DNA of 64,000 nt from contig NC_042998.1 of NCBI RefSeq assembly GCF_006345805.1, positions 88,784,001-88,848,000 on the forward strand. The letters are read 5' to 3'. This document shows positions 1 through 12,150 of the stretch, one piece after another (the stretch's first letter is position 1; each line of letters starts with the position of its first letter). The translations under genes and the position numbers were made by a program. The notes beneath the pieces were generated by a model that was not told where the DNA came from, searched no databases, and was given only the letters and a program-made list of their open reading frames with translations. Origin of the DNA: Octopus sinensis (lineage: Eukaryota).

Positions 1-799
1 GCCTGATCATGTTAATGTCCACTTCTCCATGTTTGCATGGATCATATGAAATTTAATGAAGTAAATTCTGTATGGTTGGATGCTCTTCCTGTCACCAACC
101 CATATCTATTTCTAAGCAAGGTGATATTTACCTTACTCCTTCAAACAATGAACAACTCAATACACAAATGTGTTTTCACTGAAGGTTACAAAGAATGACC
201 CCATTTGTATGAACTGTGACTTTTAATCAGCTTGCACATATTGATTCAAGGGGAAAACTCAAATGTATACATCTGTATTCGATGGAAGGAAAATGCAGTA
301 GTGCTGTAGGAGAGTATCTTCAAATGCAGTCACTGCATTCAAGACTGCCACTCCCTTGTGGGCCTGTACAGCCACAGCATTCACTGCACTACCACTAGTA
401 GCTGACACATAATTCTCTACATGCTGATCCATGGTCTTTTGAGACTGACAGATGTGATGCCACTGGGGGTATATATGTGTGTGTGTTTACATACATATGC
501 ATCTACATATGTATATATACAATAAGATTTTTAGAGTTTCTGTCTATTAACCACCTCATGCCAAACAGTACAATGCAGACAGAATGAACCTTAAGCCTTA
601 TGATTCTGAAGCCAACTTCTTAATGACATTGCCTGAGCATTTGTAGATGTGAATGTGATCATATCCAAGATTTCAAATTTCCATCAGGATTAGTTTTTTA
701 GGTGTAACAGATCTTCACTATAATTTCCACAAGCAATAAGTGATAGTTTTTTTTTTTTTTTTTTGTGAGTCATAATCTCGTAATACAGTTCATATCTCC

Positions 800-1760
800 A
801 GATTCAGTAGCATTAAGTTGATGATAGACAAATATCCATATAGCCAGTCTGTTGTTAAGTCACATTGTCAAAAAATCAGTTCCCATTGTCTGCAGTCAGA
901 TGCATTGAAGTTCACAGAAGGAAGTATCTTGCTCATAAGCATCATGAAATACTAAAATGGCTGATAATTACTAATTTACTTGTGTTTCCCTCAGAAGATC
1001 ATATTGATTTGATCATTTGTCTTCTGAGCTCTTGAATTTATAAGTGTACATGAAAAGTAGACTCACTAGGTTTTTGAAAGCCTTTTCATTTTTAGTAACC
1101 AGATATTCAGAAATTTATTTTGAGAATGTACTTGGTGTAATGATATGGAAATTGGGCTCTTTGATTCTTGGTCTAGAAGGCGAAGGTAAAGTGGGATATA
1201 TCCAGTATATAGAAATTGGGCTCTTTGATTCTTGGTCTAGAAGGCATATTGCGCCCTTGTTCCAGTCCACTCAGCTGATAAAAATTAGAATTGATTCTGA
1301 CAGAGTACTTGATCAGTAACACCACAGTGTGACACAGTTAATAAATCAGTTGAGATGTAAAGTGGGATATATCCAGTAGTTGACCTTAGGGGTAATTTGA
1401 TAAGAGTTTTGCATTGATTCTTAAAGCGATGTCAAGCAAGGAACTGAGTCAAAAGCTTTGCTAATATCCTTCATATATACTTTTACTTATGGGGAAATTT
1501 TGTTTTTGTTGAAGTCATCATGTATCTGTGTAAAGTTCATAAGGCATGTGGTTTATGAATGTATTGGTTTGATTTAGAGAGGGGAATATATGAGTGTGAG
1601 TGATACCAATGGTGAGTCTTTCTAAAACATTTGAGGGTGTGCATAGGTGCATATGCACACTGTGATGTTGCCTGGGCTTCAGGCTTTTGAATCTTTGGAT
1701 TTCTCTATTGCTTTTCTGGAGTCTTATGAGTCAATATCATGATTTGAGTAGAAGGTGCCT
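800..1760 (-). mobile_element. Heavily decayed CR1/L2-type LINE reverse transcriptase remnant (boundaries approximate)
   Basis: Minus strand 1468-1439 reads DISKAFDSVP (RT motif, cf. DFSKAFDSVP). Just upstream it reads TCLMNFTQIHDDFNK (cf. SCLTNLLEF.DD). No long ORF survives. Confidence 0.55.
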
Positions 1761-2844
1761 ATTCAACAATTTTGTTACTGACTTCTTTCTGTGGTTTTTA
1801 GGTGACAGTTTAAAATGAAACCTTTTTACTTTCAAATTCAACCACTAAAACCACATGTTGAGCTGGTTGGCTGAGCACACTGCTTGTTTTAATAATTAGT
1901 AAATCAGTTCAGGATTTTTTTCCCCCTGAAGCACTGAGTTATTACCCCACCTCTTTCTTTTGGATTGTCAAAAACATTTCTTTCATGGTTACTTCATTAA
2001 TTTTATATTTAGTATATACCTACCAAATATCTAATTTTCTGTGGGTTAGCTGAGGTAACAATTGCTTTTATTTGATACATCAATTAATTAATTATCACAA
2101 AGATCAAAAAGGAAAAAACAAAAATCAACTATATCCTGTTGGATTGCTTGTATCAAATTTAGCAAACTATTGAGAAAAGATTTTGGTTGAAGATCACCAA
2201 CCTGTAAGCATACATATATTTAAAAAGGATATTGAATGAAAAATACAGTAGAATACAATAATGTTTCTATCTTAATCAAAATGTATTTGTACTTCAATGT
2301 TTTTTTCCAAATTATTTTAAGTGAAATATATTGGTGGAAGATATTGTCTGATGAAATACAAACAGTATTGTAACTGTATGGAATATAATGGGTTACAAAC
2401 CAAGCATTGTCTTTATATCTATTATCAATATACAAATAATAAATCATCAAAACAAAATATCATTGAGTGTTAAAGGTTATACTTTCAGTGTTCCAGCATG
2501 GCATTATCCATAAAAGTTAAACATACTAAAGAACATACAATTATCTGCTGATTGACAGCTGTATATGATAGCCCATAAAATTCTTTATTAGCAGTGCTCT
2601 ATTTAGACTAGAGACATTTTATACATAATTTGGTTCAAGTGCTATCGATGGGTAACCTTGTTTATTTGCAATATTTGACTTTAAGAGTAAACCCATTATC
2701 TCTTTAGTTTCTTTATTGGAAGTGTGAAACCAATGTACACAAAAATTATCTTTGAAATTGATATGTTGGTTAACACCCAGGCTGAGTAAAGAATTAATTT
2801 TATGTTATTGAGAATCACACTATATACTTACATATAAATATATA

Positions 2845-3000
2845 CAAGGACCTTGGCAGTGTGGTTAAGATGTTCACTTTGCATGTATGTGGTTCTGGGT
2901 TCAATCCCTCTGTGCAGCACCTTGTGTATCTTCTCTAGCTTCAGGCTGGCCAGTGCCATTTAAGGGAATTTAGTGGAAAGAAACAGCAGGAAGTATATAT
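2845..3000 (+). mobile_element. Degenerate tRNA-derived CORE-type SINE
   Basis: Box A/B-like head (gcagtgtggttaagatg...gggttcaatccc), a decayed core, and a (TA)n tail. Resembles better copies at 5960, 49861 and 55190. Confidence 0.5.
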
Positions 3001-3014
3001 ATATATATATAAAT

Positions 3015-3440
3015 CAAAATCAAAATCGATCAACATCAATGGAAATTGTAGCTATGATACCAGTGCCGGTGGCACGTAAGAGAACCATCCGAACGTGGCC
3101 ATTGCCAGCGCCGCCCCGACTGGCCTCCATGCCGGTGGCACGTAAAAAGCACCATCCGATTGTGGCTGTTGCCAGCCTCGTTTGGCCCCCGTGCCGGTGG
3201 CACGTAAAAAGCACCATCCGATCATGGCCGTTTGCCAGCCTCGTCTGGCACCTGTGCAGGTGGCACGTAAAAAGCACCCACTACACTCACGGAGTGGTTG
3301 GCATTAGGAAGGGCATCCAGCTGTAGAAACACTGCCAGATCAGAATGGGCCTGGCACAGCCTTCTGGCTTCCCAGACCCCAATTGAACCGTCCAACCCAT
3401 GCTAGCATGGAAAATGGACGCTAAACGATGATGATGATGA
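3015..3440 (+). mobile_element. RTE-LINE-type 3' end or derived non-autonomous retroposon with internal tandem repeats
   Basis: Four ~63-bp repeats (gccggtggcacgtaa at 3065, 3131, 3193, variant 3256), conserved ggcatccagctgtagaaa, palindrome ccatgctagcatgg (3397-3410) and a (GAT)n tail. Many other copies occur in the window. Confidence 0.75.
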
Positions 3441-3522
3441 TATATATATTACTACCAACTCTTCAACCTAATTACCATTTAACTGAAACCCCCAGAAAAT
3501 TATCTCAACAGAGTCTATATAA

Positions 3523-5540
3523 CTTTCTTTATTGGTCACACAGGACTGAATACAGAGGGGACAAATACAAATGTAGAGCTTTTCTTTTCGAAGATGGAAA
3601 AAGAAAAAAAGGAAAAAAAAAAGGCGATCAAAAGGGATCGTGTATCACAGAAAGAATTTTTTTTTTTTAAATTTTAAAAGTAAGAAACAAGATTAGGTTC
3701 ATCCGTGGAAGAAAAAACCTACAGAATAGACCATGGTAATCTCAGGCAGGGAGGAAATAAACACATGAGAGCAAAGTGCTCTCTCTCTCTTTTACGATTT
3801 ACATGACCATGTTCAAAGTGGTGTTGTCACTCGCATGCACCATCTTTGCTACATTCACCCACCTTTTTTTGAAACCTGCTTCTCTATTCTCATCTTCTTT
3901 TTCAAGTGGTACTTGAAAAAGTTGATAAGCGATTGCCCAGAGAGGTAAGTGTTTGTCTCTAATCCTTTCGCTCAAGTCCACCACACACATTCTTTCACCA
4001 TGGCCACCAGTACAATGAAAACTGCCTTGTCTTCCCAGTTGAAAGAGGGGGGGAGCAATCTTAACAATAGACTCAGTCAACAGGTGGACTCGTCCCACAC
4101 ATGACAGCAGCCGTTCGGCATGAGCCCACAGGTCTGAAATGGTTAAACACTGCACGAGTGCGCGCAGAACGGTTTTGTCGCTCTGACCGCAAGTCGGTCC
4201 AGTGTGTCTTGAACCATGCCTGTAGAGCTTGTCCCGAACAGGTAATGCTTCTCGATAGCACTGCCAGGCCAGAGATCTTTGGTGATTGCCCATAGGTCCC
4301 GGCTCGAAAGTTGTCCTGAACAGGTGGGTCAGGTTTTCTTTGTCGATGCCCAGATTCTGCCTGAGAACATCGTCGCACCTCCCCTCCACTAATCTTCAAT
4401 AGAACGCCTTTGTTGTAATGAAGTCACATAAGTTTGGCCCCAGACAGCAGAGTTGCTTGAGAGTAATGTGACACTCATGGTGCCATTCGCCTAGCCTCGG
4501 TCTCTGTTTGATCCACGACTGTAGTTCGGCCAAGGAGACGAGCTGCGGGAAAGTGCGTCACACAAAAGGCGACCACACCTGTTCCCTGTCGTCTTTGAAG
4601 TGCCAGATATGTTGCGGTCTCAGTGCATGTTGTGCATCATCAACCACATCATGCCTAGCCCTCCATTTAGCGGGTGTTGACAGAAAATGGGTCGCCTAAC
4701 CATCGGAACACTTCCCTTCCACAGGAAGCGGAAGAGTATGCATTCCAGTTTGATGATGGTAGGGTCGGGACAAGGCACGACGGTCAGACGGTACTTGATG
4801 ACGGATGCAATGTACGTGTTCACCACCTCCGCCTGACCTTTTAGGGATAGCTTCCTCTCAGCCCATTGCTGGATGAGAGTGGCCACCCTAGTCGTTATTT
4901 CACCCCAGTTCTTCTCCATTTGGAGGTCTGGACTGAACCAGACTCCGAGCAATTTAATTGGTCCATCAATCCAGTGCCCATGATGGAGGCATGGCATGGG
5001 CTTGCTTCTCCAGGTGCCGAGCCACAAGCCCCCTGGCATTTCCCAGTTAATTTTTACTCCTGTTACAGCTTCGTATTCTTTTAGTGTCTTGCCAACCAGG
5101 TCGATGCGCTTATGGCTTGACACTATGACGGTGACGTCGTCCGCATATGCAGACATGCTCCTCCTGCATCCCAGCTCTTGTGGGATGCCCCTCAGCATCG
5201 CCAGTTTCCGCAGTGGTGGCTCAAGAGTCAATACATACAGAAGTAATGAGAGGGGGCATCCTTGACAAACCGAACGCATGATGTTAAAAGGTCTGACCAT
5301 GTACGCGAACTACCAAGTGGATGCCACTGTATAAGTTAGCGATCCAACTGCGGAAGATGGGACCGAAACCAGCCACTTTAAGGACAGCCTCCAGGTAGTG
5401 ATGGTCTACCCTATCAAAGGCTTTTGATTGATCCAAATTGATCAGCACACCACCCATGCCAGGATCCTTAACTACCCTGTCTATAATGTAGCGCACCAGA
5501 TGGAGGTTGTCATGGATACTCCTACCCGATGCACCACAGT
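3523..5540 (-). mobile_element. 5'-truncated L1-clade (Tx1-like) LINE: ORF2 RT plus C-terminal zinc-knuckle region, frameshifted
   Basis: ORF pieces contain NLDQSKAFDRVDH, QGCPLS, AYADDVTV, LLGVWF, and a degenerate CxxC..H..C region (PTCGQSDKTVLRALVQC). Stop at 3799; minus-strand AATAAA at 3528-3533. CpGs are retained, so it is comparatively young. Confidence 0.92.
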
Positions 5541-5707
5541 CTGATGATGACTTAGCTGATGAAACTTTGAAGCCACTGTCAATACTTGTTAAAGAATACT
5601 AAATTTATACTGTACAAAAGTATGGAGATAACTTTTCAGATTAATGTAAAATTGTTTTTAATATTACTAGGTATAAAAACAGATGTTAATACATCTATCC
5701 ATCTAAA

Positions 5708-5923
5708 AGCGGTGAGCCGGCAGAAATGTTAGCATGCTGGGAAAAATGCTTAGTGGTATTTCGCCTGCTTTTATGTTCTGAGATCAAATTCTGCTGCGGT
5801 TGACTTTGCCTTTCATCCTTGCGGGTTTGATAAATTAAGTACCAGTTGCGTACTGGGGGTTGATCTAATCAACTAGCCCCCCTCCCCCAAAATTTCAGGC
5901 CTTGTGTCTAGAGTAGAAAAGAA
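5708..5923 (+). mobile_element. tRNA-derived SINE with gactttgcctttcatcctt...gataaattaagtaccag central domain
   Basis: tRNA-like head with a B-box-like ctgagatcaaattc, plus the central domain and tail. Related copies at about 29340, 42410-43030, 43440 and 55410. Confidence 0.8.
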
Positions 5924-5959
5924 TACATCCATCAATCCATCATCATCATTTAATATCCA

Positions 5960-6120
5960 TGGCTGTGTTGTAAGAAGTTTGGTTTCCAACCACATGGTTC
6001 TTGGTTCAGTGCTGTTATGTGGCATCTTGGACGAGTGTCTTTTACTCTTGCCTTGGGCTGATGAAAGCCTTGTAAGTAGATTTAGTTGATGGAAAATTAA
6101 AGAAGCACAGGGTGTAGTGT
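5960..6120 (+). mobile_element. CORE-type SINE followed by (TG)n
   Basis: Head ggctgtgttgtaagaagtt...ggttcttggttcagt and core catcttggacgagtgtctttt (cf. accttgggcaagtgtcttct). Confidence 0.65.
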
Positions 6121-6184
6121 GTGTGTGTGTAAGTATATGTGTGTATGTGTTTGTGTCTCTTTGTCTTGACATTGCATGACAGTT

Positions 6185-6400
6185 GTGAGTGTCAGTGACA
6201 CACAGGCAGTATAATTCATTTCCAAGATTTTGCAAGCACATGCCTGGCTACAGGGAGGTATAACTTTGCTTGGAAACATGTGAGGATGAGCACTGTCAAC
6301 ATGTAGGGCATCCAGCTGTAGAAAATCTGCCTCAAATGGACTCCATCTGACCCATGCAAGCACAGAAAAGTGAACATTGATGAGGATATATAAATGCATA
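6185..6400 (+). mobile_element. RTE-type 3' tail fragment
   Basis: agggcatccagctgtagaaaatctgcc...ccatgcaagc, then a tgatgagg tail. Confidence 0.55.
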
Positions 6401-7039
6401 TGTATGTGTTCACATGTGTGTGAAAATGTGAGTGAATATTTTATATTACATACTTGTCACTTGAGCTAAGTGGTGCTGATATTAGTGCTCCTTGTTGGCA
6501 TAGCACCTGTTGCTCTACACTTTCAAGGACCAGATGAATGAAGAAATCTCTTACTTGAAAAAAATCAGATAAAGGTTGGCAACAGGAAGATTATCCCTCT
6601 GTAAAATCCTGCCTCAAATAACTCTCCATCCAAACTCAAGTAATGTTACATGAATGAATGTATAGGTCTTGTTTTTCCAAATAGTTGAAAAGTGAACTCA
6701 ACATGTTATATAGAGTATATGTATTTTTATTATTTTCAAGCTGTAGATGATTTAGAAGTTACTCAGGGGCTAGAGTTTTCTGTGGAAATTGGATTCAAAA
6801 CTTTCTGGGAGGTGTATTTATAGCTTCAATATAGAAATCAATTGAATGTTCTAAAAATACTGTTAGTGTCATGGGATTGCAGTACACAAATTTTTTAAAA
6901 AATCACTCATATAATTGATTAATGTGTATGTAATATGAAAAGATATGGTATTATGTATGGGCAAGTAGAATTTTTGCCTACATACATATACACAAATTAC
7001 AAATGCTAACACAATACAGAGGTTAACACATATCAATAA

Positions 7040-7058
7040 CTGAACACACATGCACACA

Positions 7059-7105
<47 letters not shown>

Positions 7106-7240
7106 GCTCAGTTGTGGAAATGAGTGTGATTGTATACACTTACATGTATGTTTGCATCTGCATACACATACATATAGACAAACATATACTAAGCACATGC
7201 ACACGCACACACACATACACACACACACACATTATAAACA
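7040..7240. repeat. (CA)n / (TACA)n microsatellite cluster
   Basis: Pure (CA) run at about 7060-7101, with degenerate repeats around it. Confidence 0.95.
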
Positions 7241-8099
7241 TTCACATACATTGTATTTTGTGTGTTTAGTAAAACGTGACAAATCCACCCCATACACCCA
7301 TACTTATAGAAACAGGCATGTTTGTTTCATATCTATTGATATATGCATCTGTAGCTACATACATTCACACTTATACACTTACACATGCATATAAGCATTT
7401 ACACAAATATGTGTTATCATGCAGACACGGACCCAAACAAAAACTTCTTTTAACTAAGCACACACTTAGACACACACAAACATATATCCATCTTTTAAAA
7501 AACTCACATGCAAAAACATATATGTAAAAACATTATATGATTAAAAAAGCTCAAAAATCCCCATAAAAATATATTAGGATAAACAAAGTCAAAAGAGAAT
7601 TATAATTGATACAAGTAAGAGGAAGAGCAGTAAAGTAATGGCAACAGTTTTCACCATTTCTTTGCACGCTTCTATTTCTCCTGGGATTTCCCCTCCAATT
7701 GGATTACTTGGTACTTCTTCACCTAACAGTAATCCTCCATACACATCATATCAGTACCAACACAGTGTCCTGTTTTTGCACAATGCATGTGGTTCCTTTT
7801 ATATGCAGTTTTCTCTCAGCTTTTTCATTCATGCACATTATTATTACACATCAAACAGAACTTGTTCATTGCATTTCTTTCAGCCTTCACATATCACCAG
7901 CATTCAGTGCCCCTGTTTAGCTACCATGCAACATTATGCTTTGTTCATAAGCATCATACAATTTACTCTTCTCACAGAGAGAAAGAGAGAGAGAGGGGGA
8001 GAGGGGGAGAGAGAGAGAGAGAGAGAGAAATTTCTTTGTTGCTAGCAGAGATGATAGCTTCCTGAACTTTTTCACCCCATTCTTACTCTGGCTACCATG

Positions 8100-9068
8100 T
8101 GCTCAGGGTACCCACCTCAGCTGATAAATGAACCATCTAAGTAACAAAAGCTAGCAACTATTTCTTGGGAGCCTTCCAAGCGTTTGGAAAAAATTATTTT
8201 TTGTAGCTCTAACTGCTAAGTGCTGTTGTCATAAACAAAGACTTCTCTGCTTCTGATCACATCAAACCCATAGATTGTATCAGGAACACTGCATAGAATT
8301 CTTACCTACTTTATTGCATATTAAGCACTGCCATTTCCCTGATAACAGTAGGGTCTACAAACTAAAACCTTTGTCTTTGCTTGATTTACTTTGAGATGTT
8401 TTGGTCCTAAGTTTTGCTTTGATGTTTGGAATTTCTTCAAATTTCTTTAAAATCTTCAACAGATTTGCCTATGTAAATTAAGCCATCAGTATACAGGGTG
8501 CTTTGTGCTGCTGATATCTGAGCTGGAGGACAAAAGGTGCAGGTGTTTAGGTCTATGGTCCTCTCTGTCTTGTTCTATAGTTGTGAGCCACATGAACTTC
8601 TTTGATGCCAGAACATTGGATTATGGGTTACCATTGGTTAGATTTTGTAACCAACTAATGACTCTTCATAGAAACTGGGATGTGTCCTGTCACTTGTATC
8701 TGGAGTGCCATCTCAGACTGTTTGGCCCTGCAACTCTTCACTGAGGTTCTGCTTGGGTTGATGGCTTATGTTGGCCAACCACATGGCCATGACAGATGAG
8801 GAGGTGTCTCATGGAGACGAGACTGACTGGGACCCTGCTCTATTGGTTGCCTGAGAGGATCTGGGAACATACAAATGGTGAGTGCAGCAACATGGTGCAA
8901 TGGCACATGCTCCTACACTTGACCTGGGTACACATTTCCTATGTACAGCTAGTCCTACCTGAAGGTTATCTAACTGTATGTTGAACTCATTACCAACTCT
9001 CACCATGCTGACAGTATCTCTGTCCATTATTTGCATAACTTTCATAAGCCTAATTTTATTAGTATCCC
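8100..9068 (-). mobile_element. Decayed RTE LINE RT, 3' part (interrupted by piggyBac)
   Basis: Minus strand reads MDRDTVSMVRVGNEF (cf. MYRDAVSKVRVGNEY) and LKVNQAKTKVLV (cf. LRVNLAKTKVL). Confidence 0.8.
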
Positions 9069-9072
9069 TTAA

Positions 9073-10157
9073 CCCTTTCGTTACTATATTTCTGACCAAA
9101 ATACACCCCTTATGTGTTTCAATTAATTTCTAACATAATCATAAATTTAGTCTGGTTTCATTAAACAGCTATAACTTTTTTATTTATCAATATATTAACA
9201 TGAATTTTGGAAGATAATTTAATGAAATGTTCTCAACCAATTCTATACTATAATTTTTGTCACAAAGTGACTCTAATTGCAGGTAGATACAGGTAAATTC
9301 AACAAAATATAAAATTATTAAAATTTTGTTCAAACATCGCTATAGAAAATGGGTTATTAGCTAATATTCAATTGGGTATACAACAAAATTTTACGATAGA
9401 ATTTGTTATTCTGGGTAACTTTTTGATACCCATAATAATATTTATGGCAAAATAGTCTTAATTTCATTTAAGGTTATGGGAAACCACTAACTATCCTTTC
9501 TTTCGTTTTGTTTACATTTAGTGTAACGGTTCGTTTCCGCCGTAATGATTTCAAATAGGCTCATTCGAAAAAGTAAAAAGAGATAGTCTAAGGTTTTACT
9601 CTTCTGGGAAAGTCTGTGGCTTGGTCCAGTTTCTTCAGAAAAATCACCAAAAGAAACAGTTTTTAAATTTTCACTCCATTCAGGTGCCAATTCATTTTCT
9701 TTATCGCTGTCGGAGCTCTCGGATTCACTGTTTTCACTTTCGGAAAATGAAACATCAGATTCATTATCAAATACCACGTGCTTTTTTTTTTCAGTCATAG
9801 AGTTAGATTTATGAAGGTCTTCAGTGGAAAATCCTTCGAATTCTGACTCGCTGCTTGATATAATGAAATTCGTATCCATTTTTTGTCAGAATTACAAATT
9901 ATGAAAACACAATAGGAACAAATTTTGGAAAAAGATCTCCCAAAATTCACGGAATTAAAATTACACTTCGATTGTTGTACAAAACTGTAGTTGAACTGTT
10001 TACGAAGTATAATACGTGTTTTCACGAATGTACTAAAGAGATTTGCTCTGATATTCTCATTTAAATATGAATAGGTAAATACAGGTGGGTTTGGGCGGTT
10101 TGGTCACATTAACCAAAATTTTTTTGGGCAGCTTTGGGCGGTTTGGTAACGAAAGGG
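9073..10157 (-). mobile_element. Non-autonomous, internally deleted piggyBac transposon (1085 bp)
   Basis: Perfect 12-bp TIRs CCCTTTCGTTAC (9073-9084; reverse complement 10146-10157), TTAA on both sides (9069-9072, 10158-10161), and an internal transposase N-terminal ORF. Confidence 0.93.
9487..9879 (-). pseudogene. piggyBac (PGBD4-like) transposase N-terminal fragment, 130 aa, catalytic DDD domain missing
   Basis: Acidic Ser/Glu-rich N-terminus followed by GPSH...LDYLFLLFRMSLFEIITAETNRY, a typical piggyBac motif (cf. P.DYF.LFF....LE.IV.ETN.YA). Confidence 0.85.
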
Positions 10158-10161
10158 TTAA

Positions 10162-10300
10162 GCTACAAATCCTGGTACCCTGTCAGAAACCTTCTCTAGA
10201 TTGATAAATGCTAGTTGTAGAAGCTACCTTCCCCAGATTAAAGAATACAAGGTAGATCAGTTACCTTCAGCAGATCAAAGGATGTTAAGTGTAGTAGCTA
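10162..10300 (-). mobile_element. Decayed RTE LINE RT, 5' part (continuation across the piggyBac)
   Basis: Minus strand reads LAFINLEKVSDRVP (cf. LAFVDLEKAFDRVP), the motif that normally precedes the 9068-side sequence. Confidence 0.8.
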
Positions 10301-10902
10301 AGTCATGTTTGTTTATCAATTTACCAATTAATAAATGCATGAGCTCTTAATCAATTATTCTCTTTATTACGTTTGTTATTTATTACAATCAAGGTCTTTT
10401 GTCACATCTCTGCAACCTATTCATGATTTGTACTGCATCTGCAGATGCATTAGATACTTGCTAGTGATGTGTAAGAGTTCTGAATAAATAAAATCATACC
10501 TTGTTGAGTAAATCTATACTGTTGTATAGTGCTTCACAGCAAAATGTTGATACATTCATTTAATTATTACTTATTTAATGATGATAATTCAAAGTGCTAT
10601 TAAAAGGAAACTAAACAGTCACTTCTGTAACATAACAACAGATTCACTAGTAAGCACAAATTTGAAGTACTTCAATAATGAAAGTGGAAATAAAACAAAA
10701 TAAGAGTTTGATGTTTGGTCATTAGTATCCACCTATTGGCTGTTTGCTCTATATATATATATACATATTCCAGTTTTCAAAGTGTTATAGCTGCCGCCTT
10801 CTCTAACACTCATCTACGTATGTAATAACCTATAAACACCTAGACACATTAATAATATTCCACAATACTTTTGCAACAATGTCCTAAAATCATTATATTT
10901 AC

Positions 10903-10940
10903 CATCTGAAGAAGATAAACAGGTAGCTATGCCAATAAAA
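10903..10940 (-). other. Candidate 38-nt exon of a putative minus-strand host gene
   Basis: Acceptor attttgatttttcag and donor ATG|gtaaat. Two open frames (FYWHSYLFIFFR or FIGIATCLSSSD). No homology recognised. Confidence 0.25.
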
Positions 10941-11869
10941 CTGAAAAATCAAAATAGGCCCCAAATTCTGTGCCAACCATCTCCAATAAATATCAATGAA
11001 TTGAAATTATCATGTTCTGACTGTTCAACTTATATGTCTGTGTTACCATAGCCATTGGAACTTTTGATCATTCATGACTGAAGTGAAGAACAGCAGAATA
11101 TTTTGACTGCTATGATGCTTTCCAGTCATTGAATGATAGTCTGGTTGCAGACCAAATTTTATCTTGGTATGTTTGGACCTATAAGTTACCTTGAAGTATT
11201 AAAACCATTAAAAGCCATGCTTTAGGTCTGTTATTAATCTACAGTTAATATTATCTATTTTCTATTCTGTCCAACCCATGCCAACATGGAATATGGACAG
11301 TAAATGATGATGATGATAAGCACTATTATTACTACTCTTCCATTACTACAATCAGCTAATATGGCTGACCTCTATAGATAATCATATCTCCCAAATGAAC
11401 AATATGATCAGAAAATGCTAAATTTTTAAATACATCCCCAAAAATGATATAATCATCTGCCCTCCATTAAGTATCAAATTTAGTGCATATGTTGTAGTGA
11501 TTTTAATATTTATGCTGCTATAGTAATTATAATGCTATTAAGGGGGCCTTGTTGTAGCTCATCTGGTGCAGTAACCAAAAATGTATGACCTCTTAGTGAA
11601 CGCCATTATTTCAGTGTTCTTCACCTCTAAAATCTCCTAAAAAGAAATAAAGAAGCAAATGTAAGAAAACTGAAACCATGACCCAGTTCCTCAAATGACC
11701 AGTTTCTTTTACATGTTGCTTTATCAGGATTGTGCTTCGTATCTTTTCAATATATCATAAAAGCTAAGTTCTTATTTTCAAAAGCCCATCTTTCTCCCAT
11801 TAGTGTATGTATAGTTATACTGCATCAGTAAATAATAATTTGAGAAGAATTTAATTTTGTCTCAAACAT

Positions 11870-12150
11870 TTATCTTTATCTTGTTTCAGTCATTGGACTG
11901 CAGCCACACTGGGGCACTGGTCTCTTTTGCCAGATCTCTGAGTTTCAGGGACCTAAACAAACCAATATTGACTGTCAAGCAGTGTGAGGTGGGGGGGGGG
12001 GGTACACACACAGAACAAGCTTCCACACAGTTTCTGTCTACCAAATTCAGTGACAAAACATCAGTTGGCTCAAGGTTAAAATAGAAGACACTTGCCCAAG
12101 GTGACATGCAGTGGAACTGAACTCAAAACTGCATGGTTGCAAAGCATTTT
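11870..12150 (-). mobile_element. Composite CORE-type SINE
   Basis: Contains agaagacacttgcccaaggtg (reverse-complement CORE domain) and the tail shared with 49530-50005. Confidence 0.7.

Noticed and set aside
2220-2450. Minus-strand 76-aa ORF (YKDNAWFVTHYIPYSY...)
   Set aside because: AT-rich with weak splice signals and no recognisable motif.
3063-3290. CRISPR-like array: four ~30-bp repeats with an internal GTGCC-GGT-GGCAC hairpin at 62-66-bp spacing
   Set aside because: The spacers resemble each other, the unit is part of a dispersed retroposon tail also seen at 60085 and 61296, the genome is eukaryotic, and there are no cas genes.
5536-5585. CTGATGA...GAAA hammerhead-like motif at the L1 5' junction
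   Set aside because: Stem II does not pair and there is no NUH cleavage triplet before the putative stem I.
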